IMG/VR virus record: IMGVR_UViG_3300042934_000313
Location: 1-61,491 of that record
Source of the DNA: a virus
Lineage: Duplodnaviria > Caudoviricetes
DNA: 61,491 bases
Direction: 5' to 3' (one strand)
In this document: piece after piece, positions 38,888-48,208 of the stretch
How positions within the stretch are numbered: the stretch's first letter is position 1
Layout: every line of letters begins with the position of its first letter
Translations under genes and position numbers: made by a program
Notes under the pieces: model-generated
Told to the model about the DNA's origin: nothing
Database searches by the model: none
Seen by the model: only the letters and a program-made list of their open reading frames with translations

Positions 38888-39221
38888 CCGTAGACACCCC
38901 CTCCGCGGCGCTGTGCGCCCCGTCTGCGGGAGAAACCCATGGCCCGGTAGGCAGGGGCACCCCTGAGGCGTTCGTGTCGTCCTGGTGCCACAGGACGCGC
39001 TGGTACCACCGATCGCTCGGCGTGCGCCAGAACCATGCTGACAGCGCACCGATGATGACGGTGATGATGAGACTGAGCCCGGCGCACACGAAGTTCCAGA
39101 ACATCGCATCGGGGCCGACTGCCGCCAGCGTGTTGCGAGCGAAGATCAACGTCAACGCCGCCATGCCGACGAGTGGGATCAGAAGCAGGTGACCGGTCCA
39201 GCACCACAGCCAGCGCTTCAT
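38877..39221 (-). CDS. Membrane protein
   Basis: Two TM helices. Confidence 0.6.
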   Translation of the reverse strand: MKRWLWCWTGHLLLIPLVGMAALTLIFARNTLAAVGPDAMFWNFVCAGLSLIITVIIGALSAWFWRTPSDRWYQRVLWHQDDTNASGVPLPTGPWVSPADGAHSAAEGVSTDAE

Positions 39222-39487
39222 TGCTTGAACCAGATCGACTGGGCCATGACGGCCTGTTGCGTCTCGGCGAAGCCGGGGATGGTCACGAGTGCGACCTTCT
39301 CCTCCGGCGTCAGATCGCGTAGGCCGAGAGTCCCATCCTCGTTCTCGGTGTACGCCGATGGGATCGCGCAGTACAGGCAGAGCGCGATGTCCCCTGGCTC
39401 CGGCGTCTCGTCGCCGTTGCCAATCTCCGTTGCCCCATCGACCTCTTGGTCACATGATGGGCACTTGGCCTTGATTTCCCTGGTCAT
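39218..39487 (-). CDS. Zn-ribbon protein
   Basis: CPSC...PEPGD..LCLYC. Confidence 0.65.
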   Translation of the reverse strand: MTREIKAKCPSCDQEVDGATEIGNGDETPEPGDIALCLYCAIPSAYTENEDGTLGLRDLTPEEKVALVTIPGFAETQQAVMAQSIWFKQ

Positions 39488-39502
39488 TTCCTCTTTCCTC
39501 TC

Positions 39503-39847
39503 TCATGCGGTGAAGCCCTTGAACCACGGGTCCACCAGTTGCCCGTACTCCCGGACGGAGTACGCGGTCTTGCCAATGAGGTCTTCGGTCACGAGACCGA
39601 CCCCCACGTTCTTCGCCGCCTCCACGATTCCCCTCGTGTCGACATCGTTCAAGAGCCCGTACATCTGGACCCCGAACGCCATGCGCCGCAGGGCCTCGGT
39701 GACTTCCTCCATCCGCCCCGCCTGCTTCGCCGCCGTGATCGCGTACTTCGGATGCGGGAACCCCGCCGCCGCGTACGCCGTCTCGATCGCGAATATCCGA
39801 TCCAGCGTCAACTCGTCGACCATGCCGACGAGTTCGTCTGCCGTCAC
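39503..39847 (-). CDS. Hypothetical protein
   Basis: GTGA overlap with the exonuclease gene. Confidence 0.65.
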   Translation of the reverse strand: MTADELVGMVDELTLDRIFAIETAYAAAGFPHPKYAITAAKQAGRMEEVTEALRRMAFGVQMYGLLNDVDTRGIVEAAKNVGVGLVTEDLIGKTAYSVREYGQLVDPWFKGFTA

Positions 39848-40761
39848 GGCTTGACCTTCGTGACGTAGAGCGTGTTCTCAGTCGCCCAGTTGACGCTGTA
39901 CCCGCTCGGCGTCCTGCCCGAGACTCCCCTCAGGGCCTCGCGCAGTTCGCGCCGCTCGACTGTCGCCGAGTCCTGTGTCTCTCGCACATGAACGAACTTG
40001 TCGACGAGGGCGATGACCTCCTCGTCCTCGATCACTTCGTTCGGGTTCCACTCGGACCCCTCCCAGCACAGGTCACGGAACGGACACATCACCCGCGGCG
40101 AGTAGCAGAACGGCGGGGTCTTGTCCCGCAGGCTCCGCGCCCACTCGACCTCACCCTTGTCGATGTGCTCCTGTGCCGTCATCACATCATCGAGCCGACT
40201 CATCAGCACGTCGATGAAGTAGTTGATCCGCTCCCACCCGAGGGTGACTTCGTAGATGTCCTGCTCCTGGCCAGACCGATCGACGTAGAGCAGGGATGCC
40301 GTGGCACCCTCGCTCAGCACGCCCGCCTGCACCAGACCCAGCACGTAGATGCTGACCTGGATGCAGTTCTCCAGCGACGGGCCATTCTTGCGCACGTCAG
40401 AAAGTCCGACTTTCGACTTCAAGTCGGCCAGCGCGTTCCGCTCCGGGAACACCATGTCCGCTGTGCCCGACGACCTGAGCCCGTTGGGCAGGGTCGCCGT
40501 CACCGGCACCTGGGTCACTGCACCCAGAGACTCCTGGGCGACAGCCTCCAGGTGGTCGCCGAGCAGGGTGCCGACGACTGCGGCCGTGGGCCACTCGCTG
40601 TTGCCCTGGACCGGAGCCCCGACCATGACGTTCCTGATGTACTCGCGGCACCCGCCGAGTTCCGAGGGTCCGAGCCGCATCTGCTGACTGCGGGGCCTAC
40701 GGTTCTCATGCTCCACCAGAGCCGCGAGCAGTTCGTCACCGAGCACCGGCCGACCGGTCAT
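39844..40761 (-). CDS. Cas4-like / PD-(D/E)xK exonuclease
   Basis: GPSELGGC, GT..GDH, GTAD...DLKS, Q...Y, C-terminal C....CPFRDLC. Confidence 0.8.
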   Translation of the reverse strand: MTGRPVLGDELLAALVEHENRRPRSQQMRLGPSELGGCREYIRNVMVGAPVQGNSEWPTAAVVGTLLGDHLEAVAQESLGAVTQVPVTATLPNGLRSSGTADMVFPERNALADLKSKVGLSDVRKNGPSLENCIQVSIYVLGLVQAGVLSEGATASLLYVDRSGQEQDIYEVTLGWERINYFIDVLMSRLDDVMTAQEHIDKGEVEWARSLRDKTPPFCYSPRVMCPFRDLCWEGSEWNPNEVIEDEEVIALVDKFVHVRETQDSATVERRELREALRGVSGRTPSGYSVNWATENTLYVTKVKP

Positions 40762-41347
40762 TGGTCGCCTGCTGGAGACGATCGACGGATGCCGCCTGTG
40801 CGCCAGCCTGAGCCGGGGGAGGAGTCGTCTCCTTGAACCACGGAGACTCCGGGTCGGTCAACTGGAGGGTGCCCTTGACCAGCGGCTTCGTCTCACCGTT
40901 GTCGTAGAGTCCCAGACCCAGCCGGTCACCGAGTCCGATCGCCGCCCGACGTAACGCGTACGACTCCACCGAAGTGATCGCCATGGCGTGCGCCTCACCG
41001 CGATCCGGCAGGACGGAGTTCGCCTCGGCGTGACACTCGACGAAGGAGCAGACCTTCTCGCCCCAGTAGTCGCGGATCGTCAGCCGCACCGTCGCCTTGT
41101 AGCAGGCCCGGTAGTACGTCGGCTTCGTCCCCTTCTCGGGGTACTCAGGATGACCCTTCGGAACCTCGTACTCCCAGAGGAACTGCATCTCCTCGACCTG
41201 GCTATCCCAGTTGCCGTAGCCGAAGATGCGCGTAAGTTCTGCGCGAACCTCGTGCTGGCTCATGTACGAGAGCCTCTGCTTCTTGTCGACATGGCTGGGG
41301 TCGATGCCCCTCACCAGTCGTTCGATCTGTGTCCTGGTCAGAGGCAT
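40736..41347 (-). CDS. Rad52/Sak-like single-strand annealing protein
   Basis: LSYMS..EV...L..IFG..NW; A....ES.ALRRAA..LG...G..LYD. Confidence 0.8.
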   Translation of the reverse strand: MPLTRTQIERLVRGIDPSHVDKKQRLSYMSQHEVRAELTRIFGYGNWDSQVEEMQFLWEYEVPKGHPEYPEKGTKPTYYRACYKATVRLTIRDYWGEKVCSFVECHAEANSVLPDRGEAHAMAITSVESYALRRAAIGLGDRLGLGLYDNGETKPLVKGTLQLTDPESPWFKETTPPPAQAGAQAASVDRLQQATNDRSAGAR

Positions 41348-41349
41348 GG

Positions 41350-41709
41350 CTACTGCTCCCTCGCGTTCATGAGTGCAACAAAGTTGTCCACCGTCATCGT
41401 GACCCACTGCTCGCCCGGCGCTCCCTTGCCGTGACGCTTGTGGATGATGATGCCAGCCAGGGCACCGAGGTTCAGTCGCTCGACCTCTGCCTCAGATGCC
41501 CACTTAGAAAGTTCGACTTTCGCGGTGTTCTTCACTTCGACGGCGATCTTATGCCCATGGAAGCGGAGCCCTGCGATGTCTCCAACGTCCTTCGTCCCAC
41601 GCTTGACGGCCCGGTCGATCCGGTCGTCCACCGTGAGGGCGAAGTAGTCAGCGATCTGGCGCTCGAACGTCGAGCCTGCCTTCTTCGCCGAAGCGTGAGT
41701 TCTTGCCAC
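41350..41709 (-). CDS. Holliday junction resolvase (Hjc-like)
   Basis: G..FER.IA.Y, D.GDI.G, IAVEVKN. Confidence 0.75.
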   Translation of the reverse strand: MARTHASAKKAGSTFERQIADYFALTVDDRIDRAVKRGTKDVGDIAGLRFHGHKIAVEVKNTAKVELSKWASEAEVERLNLGALAGIIIHKRHGKGAPGEQWVTMTVDNFVALMNAREQ

Positions 41710-41711
41710 TG

Positions 41712-42134
41712 TCAGAACGGAGTGTCGTCGCCTGCGGCCGGGAAGAACCCGTCCTGAGCAGGAGCCGGAGCCGCGCCGCCCTTCGTGTACGAGGCGAACG
41801 TGGTCGACATGCCGACCTCATCGACGATCAGATCGGTCGCCTTCTTCGCGTTGCCCTCGGCGTCCTGGTACGTGCGGGACTTGAAGGAACCGGTCAGGAT
41901 GACCCGACTGCCCTTCGTGGCGGATGCCGCGAAGTTCTCTGCGGGCTTGCCCCACAGGGTGCAGTTCGTGAAGATGGGCTCGCCGTCTTCGTACTCCTTC
42001 GTGTCCTTGTTGAAGGACCGAGGGGTCGAAGCCACGGAGAACGAGGCGACTGCCTGTCCGCTCTGCGTGTACCGAACCTCAGGATCACGAGTCAGGTTGC
42101 CGACGATGGTCAACTGAGTGGTGAACTGTGCCAT
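41712..42134 (-). CDS. ssb: Single-stranded DNA-binding protein
   Basis: GNLTRDPEVRYT.SG, LWGKPAEN, acidic DDTPF tail. Confidence 0.95.
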   Translation of the reverse strand: MAQFTTQLTIVGNLTRDPEVRYTQSGQAVASFSVASTPRSFNKDTKEYEDGEPIFTNCTLWGKPAENFAASATKGSRVILTGSFKSRTYQDAEGNAKKATDLIVDEVGMSTTFASYTKGGAAPAPAQDGFFPAAGDDTPF

Positions 42135-42180
42135 TGGAAAGTCCAACTTTCTGGCCTTGGTGGTGTTGCGTTATACCTCC

Positions 42181-42209
42181 ATTCTACTAGTTCTGTGGGA
42201 CGAAATCAA
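42181..42209 (-). promoter_or_regulatory. SigA-like promoter for the ssb/recombination operon
   Basis: TTGATT-N17-TAGAAT. Confidence 0.65.
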
Positions 42210-42215
42210 ATTGGA

Positions 42216-42497
42216 TCAGGGGCCGAACGTCTTCACGATGCTGATGAAGAGGTAGTAGACCCATGCGCTCCAGAAGAACCCCATGCCGACGAAGTACCAC
42301 CTCCGCGCCTTCTTCGCCGACGCGATGTGACGCTCCAGGTCTGCGGCCAGCGAATCGAACATGCGGTTCAGGTCTGGCGGTAGGTCCATGCTCATCACGT
42401 AGTGGTGCCCATCCTCGTCGCTGTGACCATACGGCCTGGTGCACGTCGAACCGGCAGGTCCGGGGTGCTCGCACCGGATGATGTCGCTCTCGCTCAC
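42216..42497 (-). CDS. Membrane protein
   Basis: Cys/His N-terminus and a C-terminal TM. Confidence 0.6.
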   Translation of the reverse strand: MSESDIIRCEHPGPAGSTCTRPYGHSDEDGHHYVMSMDLPPDLNRMFDSLAADLERHIASAKKARRWYFVGMGFFWSAWVYYLFISIVKTFGP

Positions 42498-42802
42498 TCC
42501 GCCTCCAGGTTCAGGTCATGTACGCCGGGGCTGATTGCGACGGTGAGCAGGGAGCACACCGTCTGCATGCGGGCCATGCCCTCCGGCTCGTTCAGGTCGA
42601 TGGGCTTCGCCTCGACGATGAACTCCTCGATGACCGCCCACACCGTCTTGTAGAGGCTGGACTCCTGGATGCCGGTGAGCGCCGCCCGGAGCGCGGCCTC
42701 CATGTCGGTGCGCCGGTCGATCGTGGTGTCGTTGACGTGCAGGCGCGGTGCTCTGTAGGCATCCACGGCCCGCGTCACCATCTCGTCGAATGCATCAGCC
42801 AC
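42494..42802 (-). CDS. Hypothetical protein
   Basis: GAGGA RBS with GTG start. Confidence 0.6.
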   Translation of the reverse strand: MADAFDEMVTRAVDAYRAPRLHVNDTTIDRRTDMEAALRAALTGIQESSLYKTVWAVIEEFIVEAKPIDLNEPEGMARMQTVCSLLTVAISPGVHDLNLEAE

Positions 42803-43160
42803 GCTTGTTCCTCTCGATGATCTGCTCGACCCATCCGTCCTCGGGCTGAGGACCACGGCCGAGGACTTCCTGACAGTAGTGCGCGTGCATGGCCAGCGCA
42901 TCATCCTCGGTGTCAGTGCGGACGAAGCGGACGAGGTTGCCCTCGCCGTCCAACTCGGCAGTCTCGAAGACGTGGTACGGCCGGTCAGGCTCCATGAAAC
43001 TGTCGGCCGACATGCCCATCCAGATCGTCGACACGGACGGCTCGCCCTCCTTGGAGCCGTCGAACGCGACGCACCGCTGAGCGATGTCCTCGTACAACTT
43101 CGCCCACTCGATCGTGTCGTCGATGGGTTCGCCCTTGCGGGACCAGAATCGGAGACTCAT
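42795..43160 (-). CDS. Hypothetical protein
   Basis: VSTIW.G...FET motif; ATGA overlap. Confidence 0.65.
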   Translation of the reverse strand: MSLRFWSRKGEPIDDTIEWAKLYEDIAQRCVAFDGSKEGEPSVSTIWMGMSADSFMEPDRPYHVFETAELDGEGNLVRFVRTDTEDDALAMHAHYCQEVLGRGPQPEDGWVEQIIERNKRG

Positions 43161-43270
43161 TTCCACTGCCTATCTCTCTTGTTGTAGCCCCAGATGAAGC
43201 CGAGGCCGATGCCGATGAATCCAACGAGCGCCGACATGAGGCCGAGAATCCATGCCTCCATGGCGATCAT
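43157..43270 (-). CDS. Small membrane protein
   Basis: Single TM; ATGA overlaps. Confidence 0.5.
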   Translation of the reverse strand: MIAMEAWILGLMSALVGFIGIGLGFIWGYNKRDRQWK

Positions 43271-43611
43271 TCGGAGACCACGATCTTCTCGCCGAGGATG
43301 CGGGCGATGGTCGCCTGGTGTTTCTCGGTCAGTTCGCTTCGGGTGAGGACCGCCCAGTAGGCGGTCTTGTCGATGAGGCAGTTCGGGCAGGTGCGCGGAG
43401 ACAGCACGCCCCATAGGCCGATGAAGGGCGGGTAGTCCCAGCCTGCGGTGTACGCCTGCTCCTCGGTGAGTTCTTCAACCACGTCGCAGACCTCGCACTC
43501 GTAGCGGTTGAGACGCTCTTCGTCGAGGTTCTCCATCGCCTCCACCATGGAGTTCATGAGTTCGTCGTTCGGCACGAACGTGAATGCTACGGTCTTGTCG
43601 TTCTCTTCCAT
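43267..43611 (-). CDS. Zn-binding hypothetical protein
   Basis: CEVC...GWDYPP...SPRTCPNC. Confidence 0.65.
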   Translation of the reverse strand: MEENDKTVAFTFVPNDELMNSMVEAMENLDEERLNRYECEVCDVVEELTEEQAYTAGWDYPPFIGLWGVLSPRTCPNCLIDKTAYWAVLTRSELTEKHQATIARILGEKIVVSE

Positions 43612-43868
43612 CACTCCTCGATTCCTCCGCGCGTGACGCACGGCTCGCTGGCTCCGACCGGCTCCCATTCGCCGATCATCACCACTCTCTCCACGACATA
43701 GGCGGGCTCGGGGAACCCGTGTTGCTTCGCCCTCTTGTTCACGAATCGGGCGACGCTCTCTGCCTCCTCTCTCGTGTCGCGCTTGCGGGTCTCCCATATG
43801 CGACCCTCCGGCTCGGCCGGATTCATGCTCACCGGATACCGCACCGCGTACTCGATCACCTGCTTCAC
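43611..43868 (-). CDS. Hypothetical protein
   Basis: Coupled ORF. Confidence 0.6.
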   Translation of the reverse strand: MKQVIEYAVRYPVSMNPAEPEGRIWETRKRDTREEAESVARFVNKRAKQHGFPEPAYVVERVVMIGEWEPVGASEPCVTRGGIEE

Positions 43869-44023
43869 CAGAGCACCACCCTCTCTTGGTCCTCGACTCC
43901 GAGGTCGGCACCCATGACCTCGAAGTCGTACTCGTCGTCGCCGGTGAGCCCAGGGTTCAGGGCCACGAGGACGAACCCGTCGTACTCACTCAGAGCGGCG
44001 ATCAGTTCCCGCACTGTCATCAT
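43865..44023 (-). CDS. Hypothetical protein (MTVRELIAAL)
   Basis: GGAGG RBS. Confidence 0.6.
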   Translation of the reverse strand: MMTVRELIAALSEYDGFVLVALNPGLTGDDEYDFEVMGADLGVEDQERVVLW

Positions 44024-44148
44024 CACTGCCTCCAGAAAGTGGGACTTTCGCGTGCTCGTCGCAGAGCGCACAGTCGCCCTGCTTGTGGACGCCCTGCCCC
44101 TTCGCGATGTCCTGCCGGTGCACCCGGTCCAGGAACTCGCGGTATCCC

Positions 44149-44352
44149 TCAGTCATTGAAGGGGGCGATCGGGATGCCGAGCGTCTTGCTGACGTACTTC
44201 AACTGCTCCTCCGCGACCTCCCGGTCCGAGTACGTGCCGTCGAGGCGAAGGATGATTTCGTATCCGCCCTCGCTCTGCCCGAGTCCGAGCATGGTCATGT
44301 CCTCGCGGTTCTTGATGTACTCGTCGAGCGTCATCTTCTTGCTTCGTGCCAT
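44149..44352 (-). CDS. Hypothetical protein
   Basis: GAGGAGG RBS. Confidence 0.65.
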   Translation of the reverse strand: MARSKKMTLDEYIKNREDMTMLGLGQSEGGYEIILRLDGTYSDREVAEEQLKYVSKTLGIPIAPFND

Positions 44353-44365
44353 GGCTCCTCCTCGG

Positions 44366-44507
44366 TTTGTGACAGGTCTGCTCTATACATGAAACAACGT
44401 CACTGTGTCACAGGTTGTGACGTTGTGACACAAGTTGCGTACTCAGAGAAGGCCCTAGGTTGTGACGTTGTGACGTTGTTTCATGTAAAGGGGTGACGTG
44501 TCACAAC
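44366..44507. repeat. Putative replication origin: GTTGTGAC iterons plus an 18-bp inverted repeat
   Basis: Tandem GTTGTGAC copies; TACATGAAACAACGTCAC (44386-44403) / GTGACGTTGTTTCATGTA (44470-44487); adjacent to the helicase stop. Confidence 0.6.
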
Positions 44508-45643
44508 TACGGCGTCGGCTTCAACTTCATGGACTGATACCAGCCCCGCTCGGGCGCATCGAGGAGCCCGGACTTGGCCATGCGAGAGACGGTCTGACGG
44601 ACGACATCCTTCCTCTGCTCGGGGAACTCCTGGTAGATGTGGTTCAGCGACACCGCCCCCTGCTGGGCGTCTACCCACTCCTTGATAGCGCCCTTCAACC
44701 AGCCCTCTCTGCGGTCCTCAGTGCCCGATGCGAGCACGTCGCCGACCGTCCTGGTACTTGCCCCCAGCCACTCGATTCTCGGGACGCTACCGACCTCTCC
44801 GCTGTCGTGCTCGTGGTCGTACGAGTGGACGCGGTACGTGTAGTTCTTCCCGTTCCTGGCGTAGTTCCCCTTCGTGTTGCCGAACGTCACGTCGGTGTAC
44901 TCGACGTTCGGATCGGGCTCGTCCATGGCGAACAGCAGGGTGCCGCGCGTGGCATCCACCCACGCCGCTGATCCCGTGACCGCCGTCCTCGCGTTGCTCA
45001 CCGACTTGTTGATATGAGCGATGCCGATGATCGTGATGTTCTTCCGCTGGGCCAACTGGTTCAGCGGGTCGATGAGTTCGCGGACATCGACGTTGGAGTT
45101 CGGGTCCCGGCCCGCCGCCATGGCTGACAGGAGCGGGTCGATGATGACCAACTTCGCGTTGACCTCCTCGATCTTCTCTTCCAGCAGGGCCAGGTCCTCG
45201 GGGAACTTCGGCATCGTGATCCCGTTCATCGACTTCATGGCGATGCCGAAGATGTGGAACCGCGTGGTGTCTACGCCATTCGCCTGCGCCCTCGGAAGCA
45301 CCACGTCCTCGATGCCGTCCTCGTGGCTGACATAGAGCACGTCGCCCGGCTCGTTGCCGAGCGTCTGCATCTCGCCGCGCGTGACCTTGCCCGCGAACCA
45401 GATCGAGAACGTCGACTTGCTGACGCCGCCCATCCCGGCGAAGATGACGGCCGCGCCCATCGGGATCAGCCCATCCCAGAGCCACGCCATTTTCCTGGAC
45501 CGGAAGTTGGCGAGCGTCTGGACCACGCCCTGCTTCGCGGGTACGGCATCCTCCAGCGCCGACTCGTAGATGCCAACGTTGTCGTCGTGCGTCTTGTGGC
45601 TGACCGTCTCGTAGATGTTCGGCCACTCACTGCTCTCGGTCAC
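44507..45643 (-). CDS. RepA-like (AAA_25) helicase with C-terminal winged helix
   Basis: WLWDG.IP, Walker A GMGGVSKS, LVIIDP, IAH.NK, GS.AW...R, KGNY. Confidence 0.85.
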   Translation of the reverse strand: MTESSEWPNIYETVSHKTHDDNVGIYESALEDAVPAKQGVVQTLANFRSRKMAWLWDGLIPMGAAVIFAGMGGVSKSTFSIWFAGKVTRGEMQTLGNEPGDVLYVSHEDGIEDVVLPRAQANGVDTTRFHIFGIAMKSMNGITMPKFPEDLALLEEKIEEVNAKLVIIDPLLSAMAAGRDPNSNVDVRELIDPLNQLAQRKNITIIGIAHINKSVSNARTAVTGSAAWVDATRGTLLFAMDEPDPNVEYTDVTFGNTKGNYARNGKNYTYRVHSYDHEHDSGEVGSVPRIEWLGASTRTVGDVLASGTEDRREGWLKGAIKEWVDAQQGAVSLNHIYQEFPEQRKDVVRQTVSRMAKSGLLDAPERGWYQSMKLKPTP

Positions 45644-45972
45644 AGTTTCCCCGCTCTGATATTCGCTACGGTTGGGACGAAAAGTCCCACTTTCACAGCC
45701 ACGTCCACGTCATCCATGCCCTCGGCTATGAGGGCTCGGGCTTCATCGAATCGCCGTTGCTCCTCGGCATCCAGTTCAGCCCAGCGCTTGCGGCGTTCCT
45801 CGTTCGCCTCCTGCCCGTCGATGATCGAGTTGACCATCTTGACCTCGGGCCACTCCGAGCGCGGGTTGTTGGCGCGGAAGTACCAGAAGTCGGCGAGCCG
45901 CTGGAGGGCATCGACTTCATCGTCACGCGATGCACGGCCTGCCGCGTAGCCCGAGTCATACTCGGCGGTCAC
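45640..45972 (-). CDS. Hypothetical protein with C-terminal HTH
   Basis: LIAEGMDDVDVAVKVG...TVANIRAG. Confidence 0.6.
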   Translation of the reverse strand: MTAEYDSGYAAGRASRDDEVDALQRLADFWYFRANNPRSEWPEVKMVNSIIDGQEANEERRKRWAELDAEEQRRFDEARALIAEGMDDVDVAVKVGLFVPTVANIRAGKL

Positions 45973-46137
45973 TGGCGGGGAAACCAGATGTTGGTGTGCA
46001 CAGAACTAATTCCTCCCATATGTAGTAAGGCGTTCTGTGTACACTGGGGTACGACGGAACGCCTAGGTTTGACGGCCTGGCTCCTGATCTTAGATGTGGC
46101 CCCCAGGGTGAGCAACTCCCCTGGGGGCCACTCCAGT

Positions 46138-47022
46138 TCAGTGCGGTTCCGGGTACTTCTCGGGGTGCGCACCGCCCACCTTGAAGCGGAGCAGGTTGAT
46201 CGTCTCGCCGTCACGGTAGGCGTTCCACGCCTTGATCGTGATAGCGATGATCACGTCGGCACGCATCTTGTCGCGCGTGCCGGGGAGCAACGCCTCGCGC
46301 CGAAGCAACTCGCGAAGGGCGTAGATCGGATTGCCCGACTCCAACCCCTGCCCGTCGACGAGCCGGTCCCAGAAGAACTCGGCGTCATCGGTGTCGATCA
46401 TGCTGAACAGCCAGTAGCACAGGCCGAACGACTGACGACTGCCCGCTCCGAGCGCGTTCGTCACGCGGTACGAGTAGCGGTTGGACGCAACGATGTCGTC
46501 CTTGTTCTTGTCGTAGAAGTGGACGAGCGCGTCGTTCGAGATGTACTCGTTCCGCAGGTTGTTGCCGCGGAACCCTCGGACCCACCGGACCATGATCGTC
46601 GCCACGCTGGCCACGTTGTTCACGTCGGTCAGCGCCGGGTCGTGAATCTTGAGCACGTCGCCACGGTTGCGCATCTTGCCGGTGTCGAGCGTGGTCATCG
46701 CCTCATCCGGCACGCCCCACACGACGAGGAACGTCTGGGCCAGACCGGTATTGATCACCGCCCGGAGGCGATGCTGGCCGTCGATCAGGTGGCCGTGCGT
46801 GTTGAACTTGATCGGCGATCCGTCCGTATGCCAGCGCCCCTCCTCCATCGCCCGCATGAGCGTCGTGAGGTTGGTCGCGCTGACGTTCCGGTTCGCCACC
46901 ATCGTGTCGAGCCACTCGCGTGCGATGTCGGGCGTGACCTCGACGATCGCCGTCGTGATCTGGACAGCGGCCGGGGCTTCTGCCTCGACCGCTGTCTCTT
47001 CCTTCGTGGTTGTTCCTGCCAC
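46138..47022 (-). CDS. ParB/Srx-like N-terminal domain protein
   Basis: VTP..A..WL.....NR..S, G.LIDGQHRL.A, TLDTGK.R. Confidence 0.75.
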   Translation of the reverse strand: MAGTTTKEETAVEAEAPAAVQITTAIVEVTPDIAREWLDTMVANRNVSATNLTTLMRAMEEGRWHTDGSPIKFNTHGHLIDGQHRLRAVINTGLAQTFLVVWGVPDEAMTTLDTGKMRNRGDVLKIHDPALTDVNNVASVATIMVRWVRGFRGNNLRNEYISNDALVHFYDKNKDDIVASNRYSYRVTNALGAGSRQSFGLCYWLFSMIDTDDAEFFWDRLVDGQGLESGNPIYALRELLRREALLPGTRDKMRADVIIAITIKAWNAYRDGETINLLRFKVGGAHPEKYPEPH

Positions 47023-47023
47023 T

Positions 47024-47395
47024 TCAATCTCCTTCAATGAGGGAACTGATGTCGTCGGGGACGACGACGGGGACCATCTCTGCCTTGCCAGGGATGTTGC
47101 GTGCGGTCTCCAGCAGTACCGCGGATGCCGCGCCCTCGGCCATGGTGTGCGCCAGCGCGTGATCCTCGATGTGGGCGAACGTGTCGTGCGCCATGTGGTC
47201 ACTGAGAATCTTGTGCGCCACGACCACGAGGGTCTGCGCCGCCACCGTGGGCGGGACGTTGTGGACGTGCGAGTGGATCACTGCCTGGCCGGGGTGAAGT
47301 TCACCATCGGCGTCGACCGTGACATCGAACTCGACCTTGACCAGCACTTCGTGGTCGTCATCGCCGGAACCACAGCGATCCTCTTCGTCCATCAT
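47024..47395 (-). CDS. Hypothetical protein
   Basis: GGAGG RBS immediately after a palindrome copy. Confidence 0.65.
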   Translation of the reverse strand: MMDEEDRCGSGDDDHEVLVKVEFDVTVDADGELHPGQAVIHSHVHNVPPTVAAQTLVVVAHKILSDHMAHDTFAHIEDHALAHTMAEGAASAVLLETARNIPGKAEMVPVVVPDDISSLIEGD

Positions 47396-47420
47396 GTGTA
47401 CCTCCAGAAAGTAGGACTTT

Positions 47421-47789
47421 TTATTCCCGAATGGGAATGTGTTCATTCTTCGGGCGGGCCGTAGTTACGTCCCACGGAATACCTTCTTCGGCCAGACGGG
47501 CGGCGATTGCCACCCTGACCACAGCACTCAGGCGCACTCCCGACTGCGCCGCCTGCTCAACCGCCGCGCTCCAGATGGAGTCACGGATATACACGGACGA
47601 GTAGTCCTTCCCTGCCGGGGGGATGGGCTGGCCCGCGTACTTTGCCGGGTCGTCCAGGTATCCCTGGATCAACTCGACGATGAAGGGGGAGGGCTTCGTC
47701 CGGTTCTTCCAGCAGAACTCGGCCACTGCCTCTTTCATCTCGGTGGGAAGCCAGACCTTTCTGATCTGAGGCTTCTCGTCAGTCGTCAT
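47421..47789 (-). CDS. Tandem ribbon-helix-helix DNA-binding protein
   Basis: Two RHH-like units: KVWLPTEMKEAV...SPFIVELI and SVYIRDSIW..A.....LSAVVRVAI. Confidence 0.65.
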   Translation of the reverse strand: MTTDEKPQIRKVWLPTEMKEAVAEFCWKNRTKPSPFIVELIQGYLDDPAKYAGQPIPPAGKDYSSVYIRDSIWSAAVEQAAQSGVRLSAVVRVAIAARLAEEGIPWDVTTARPKNEHIPIRE

Positions 47790-48177
47790 CACGACGCTCC
47801 TTGTCTCGCCGGTTCGCACGGACCCGGCGCTTTCTTTCTGCGGAACGTTCCGACGACGTGATGTCGTGACTGACTTCACGCTCGTACAGACCTGACCGGC
47901 CGGGGCGAGGGACCACATGGAACGGGTTGACGCACCGCATATGCGGGCACGCCTCCGTCATGCGGCGGCACTCAAGCCGGTGATCCGTGCGGACGAGGAC
48001 CATGCCAGGCGGTATCGGAGCGACCTCGCGCTCGTAGAGATACCGCATGACACCCCGAAGGTTGATCGCAGGACGGCCCTCGTGAAGCGAGCCCTCCCAC
48101 CACCAGCAGTCACCGCGTCCACGACGAGTGAAGCGGGCGTCCACCTTCTCGTCGAACGTGATCTGTCGTCGGAACAT
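47779..48177 (-). CDS. HNH endonuclease
   Basis: CWWWEG...DH..C...CVNPFH; probable leaderless promoter TTGAAC-N16-TACACT at 48185-48212. Confidence 0.7.
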   Translation of the reverse strand: MFRRQITFDEKVDARFTRRGRGDCWWWEGSLHEGRPAINLRGVMRYLYEREVAPIPPGMVLVRTDHRLECRRMTEACPHMRCVNPFHVVPRPGRSGLYEREVSHDITSSERSAERKRRVRANRRDKERRDDD

Positions 48178-48208
48178 GACTACCAGTGTAGTCCCCTAGG
48201 GTGGTAGT

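Noticed and set aside
39844-40761. Cas4-like gene as part of a CRISPR-Cas system
   Set aside because: There are no other cas genes or array; its context (annealase, resolvase, SSB) indicates a recombination exonuclease.
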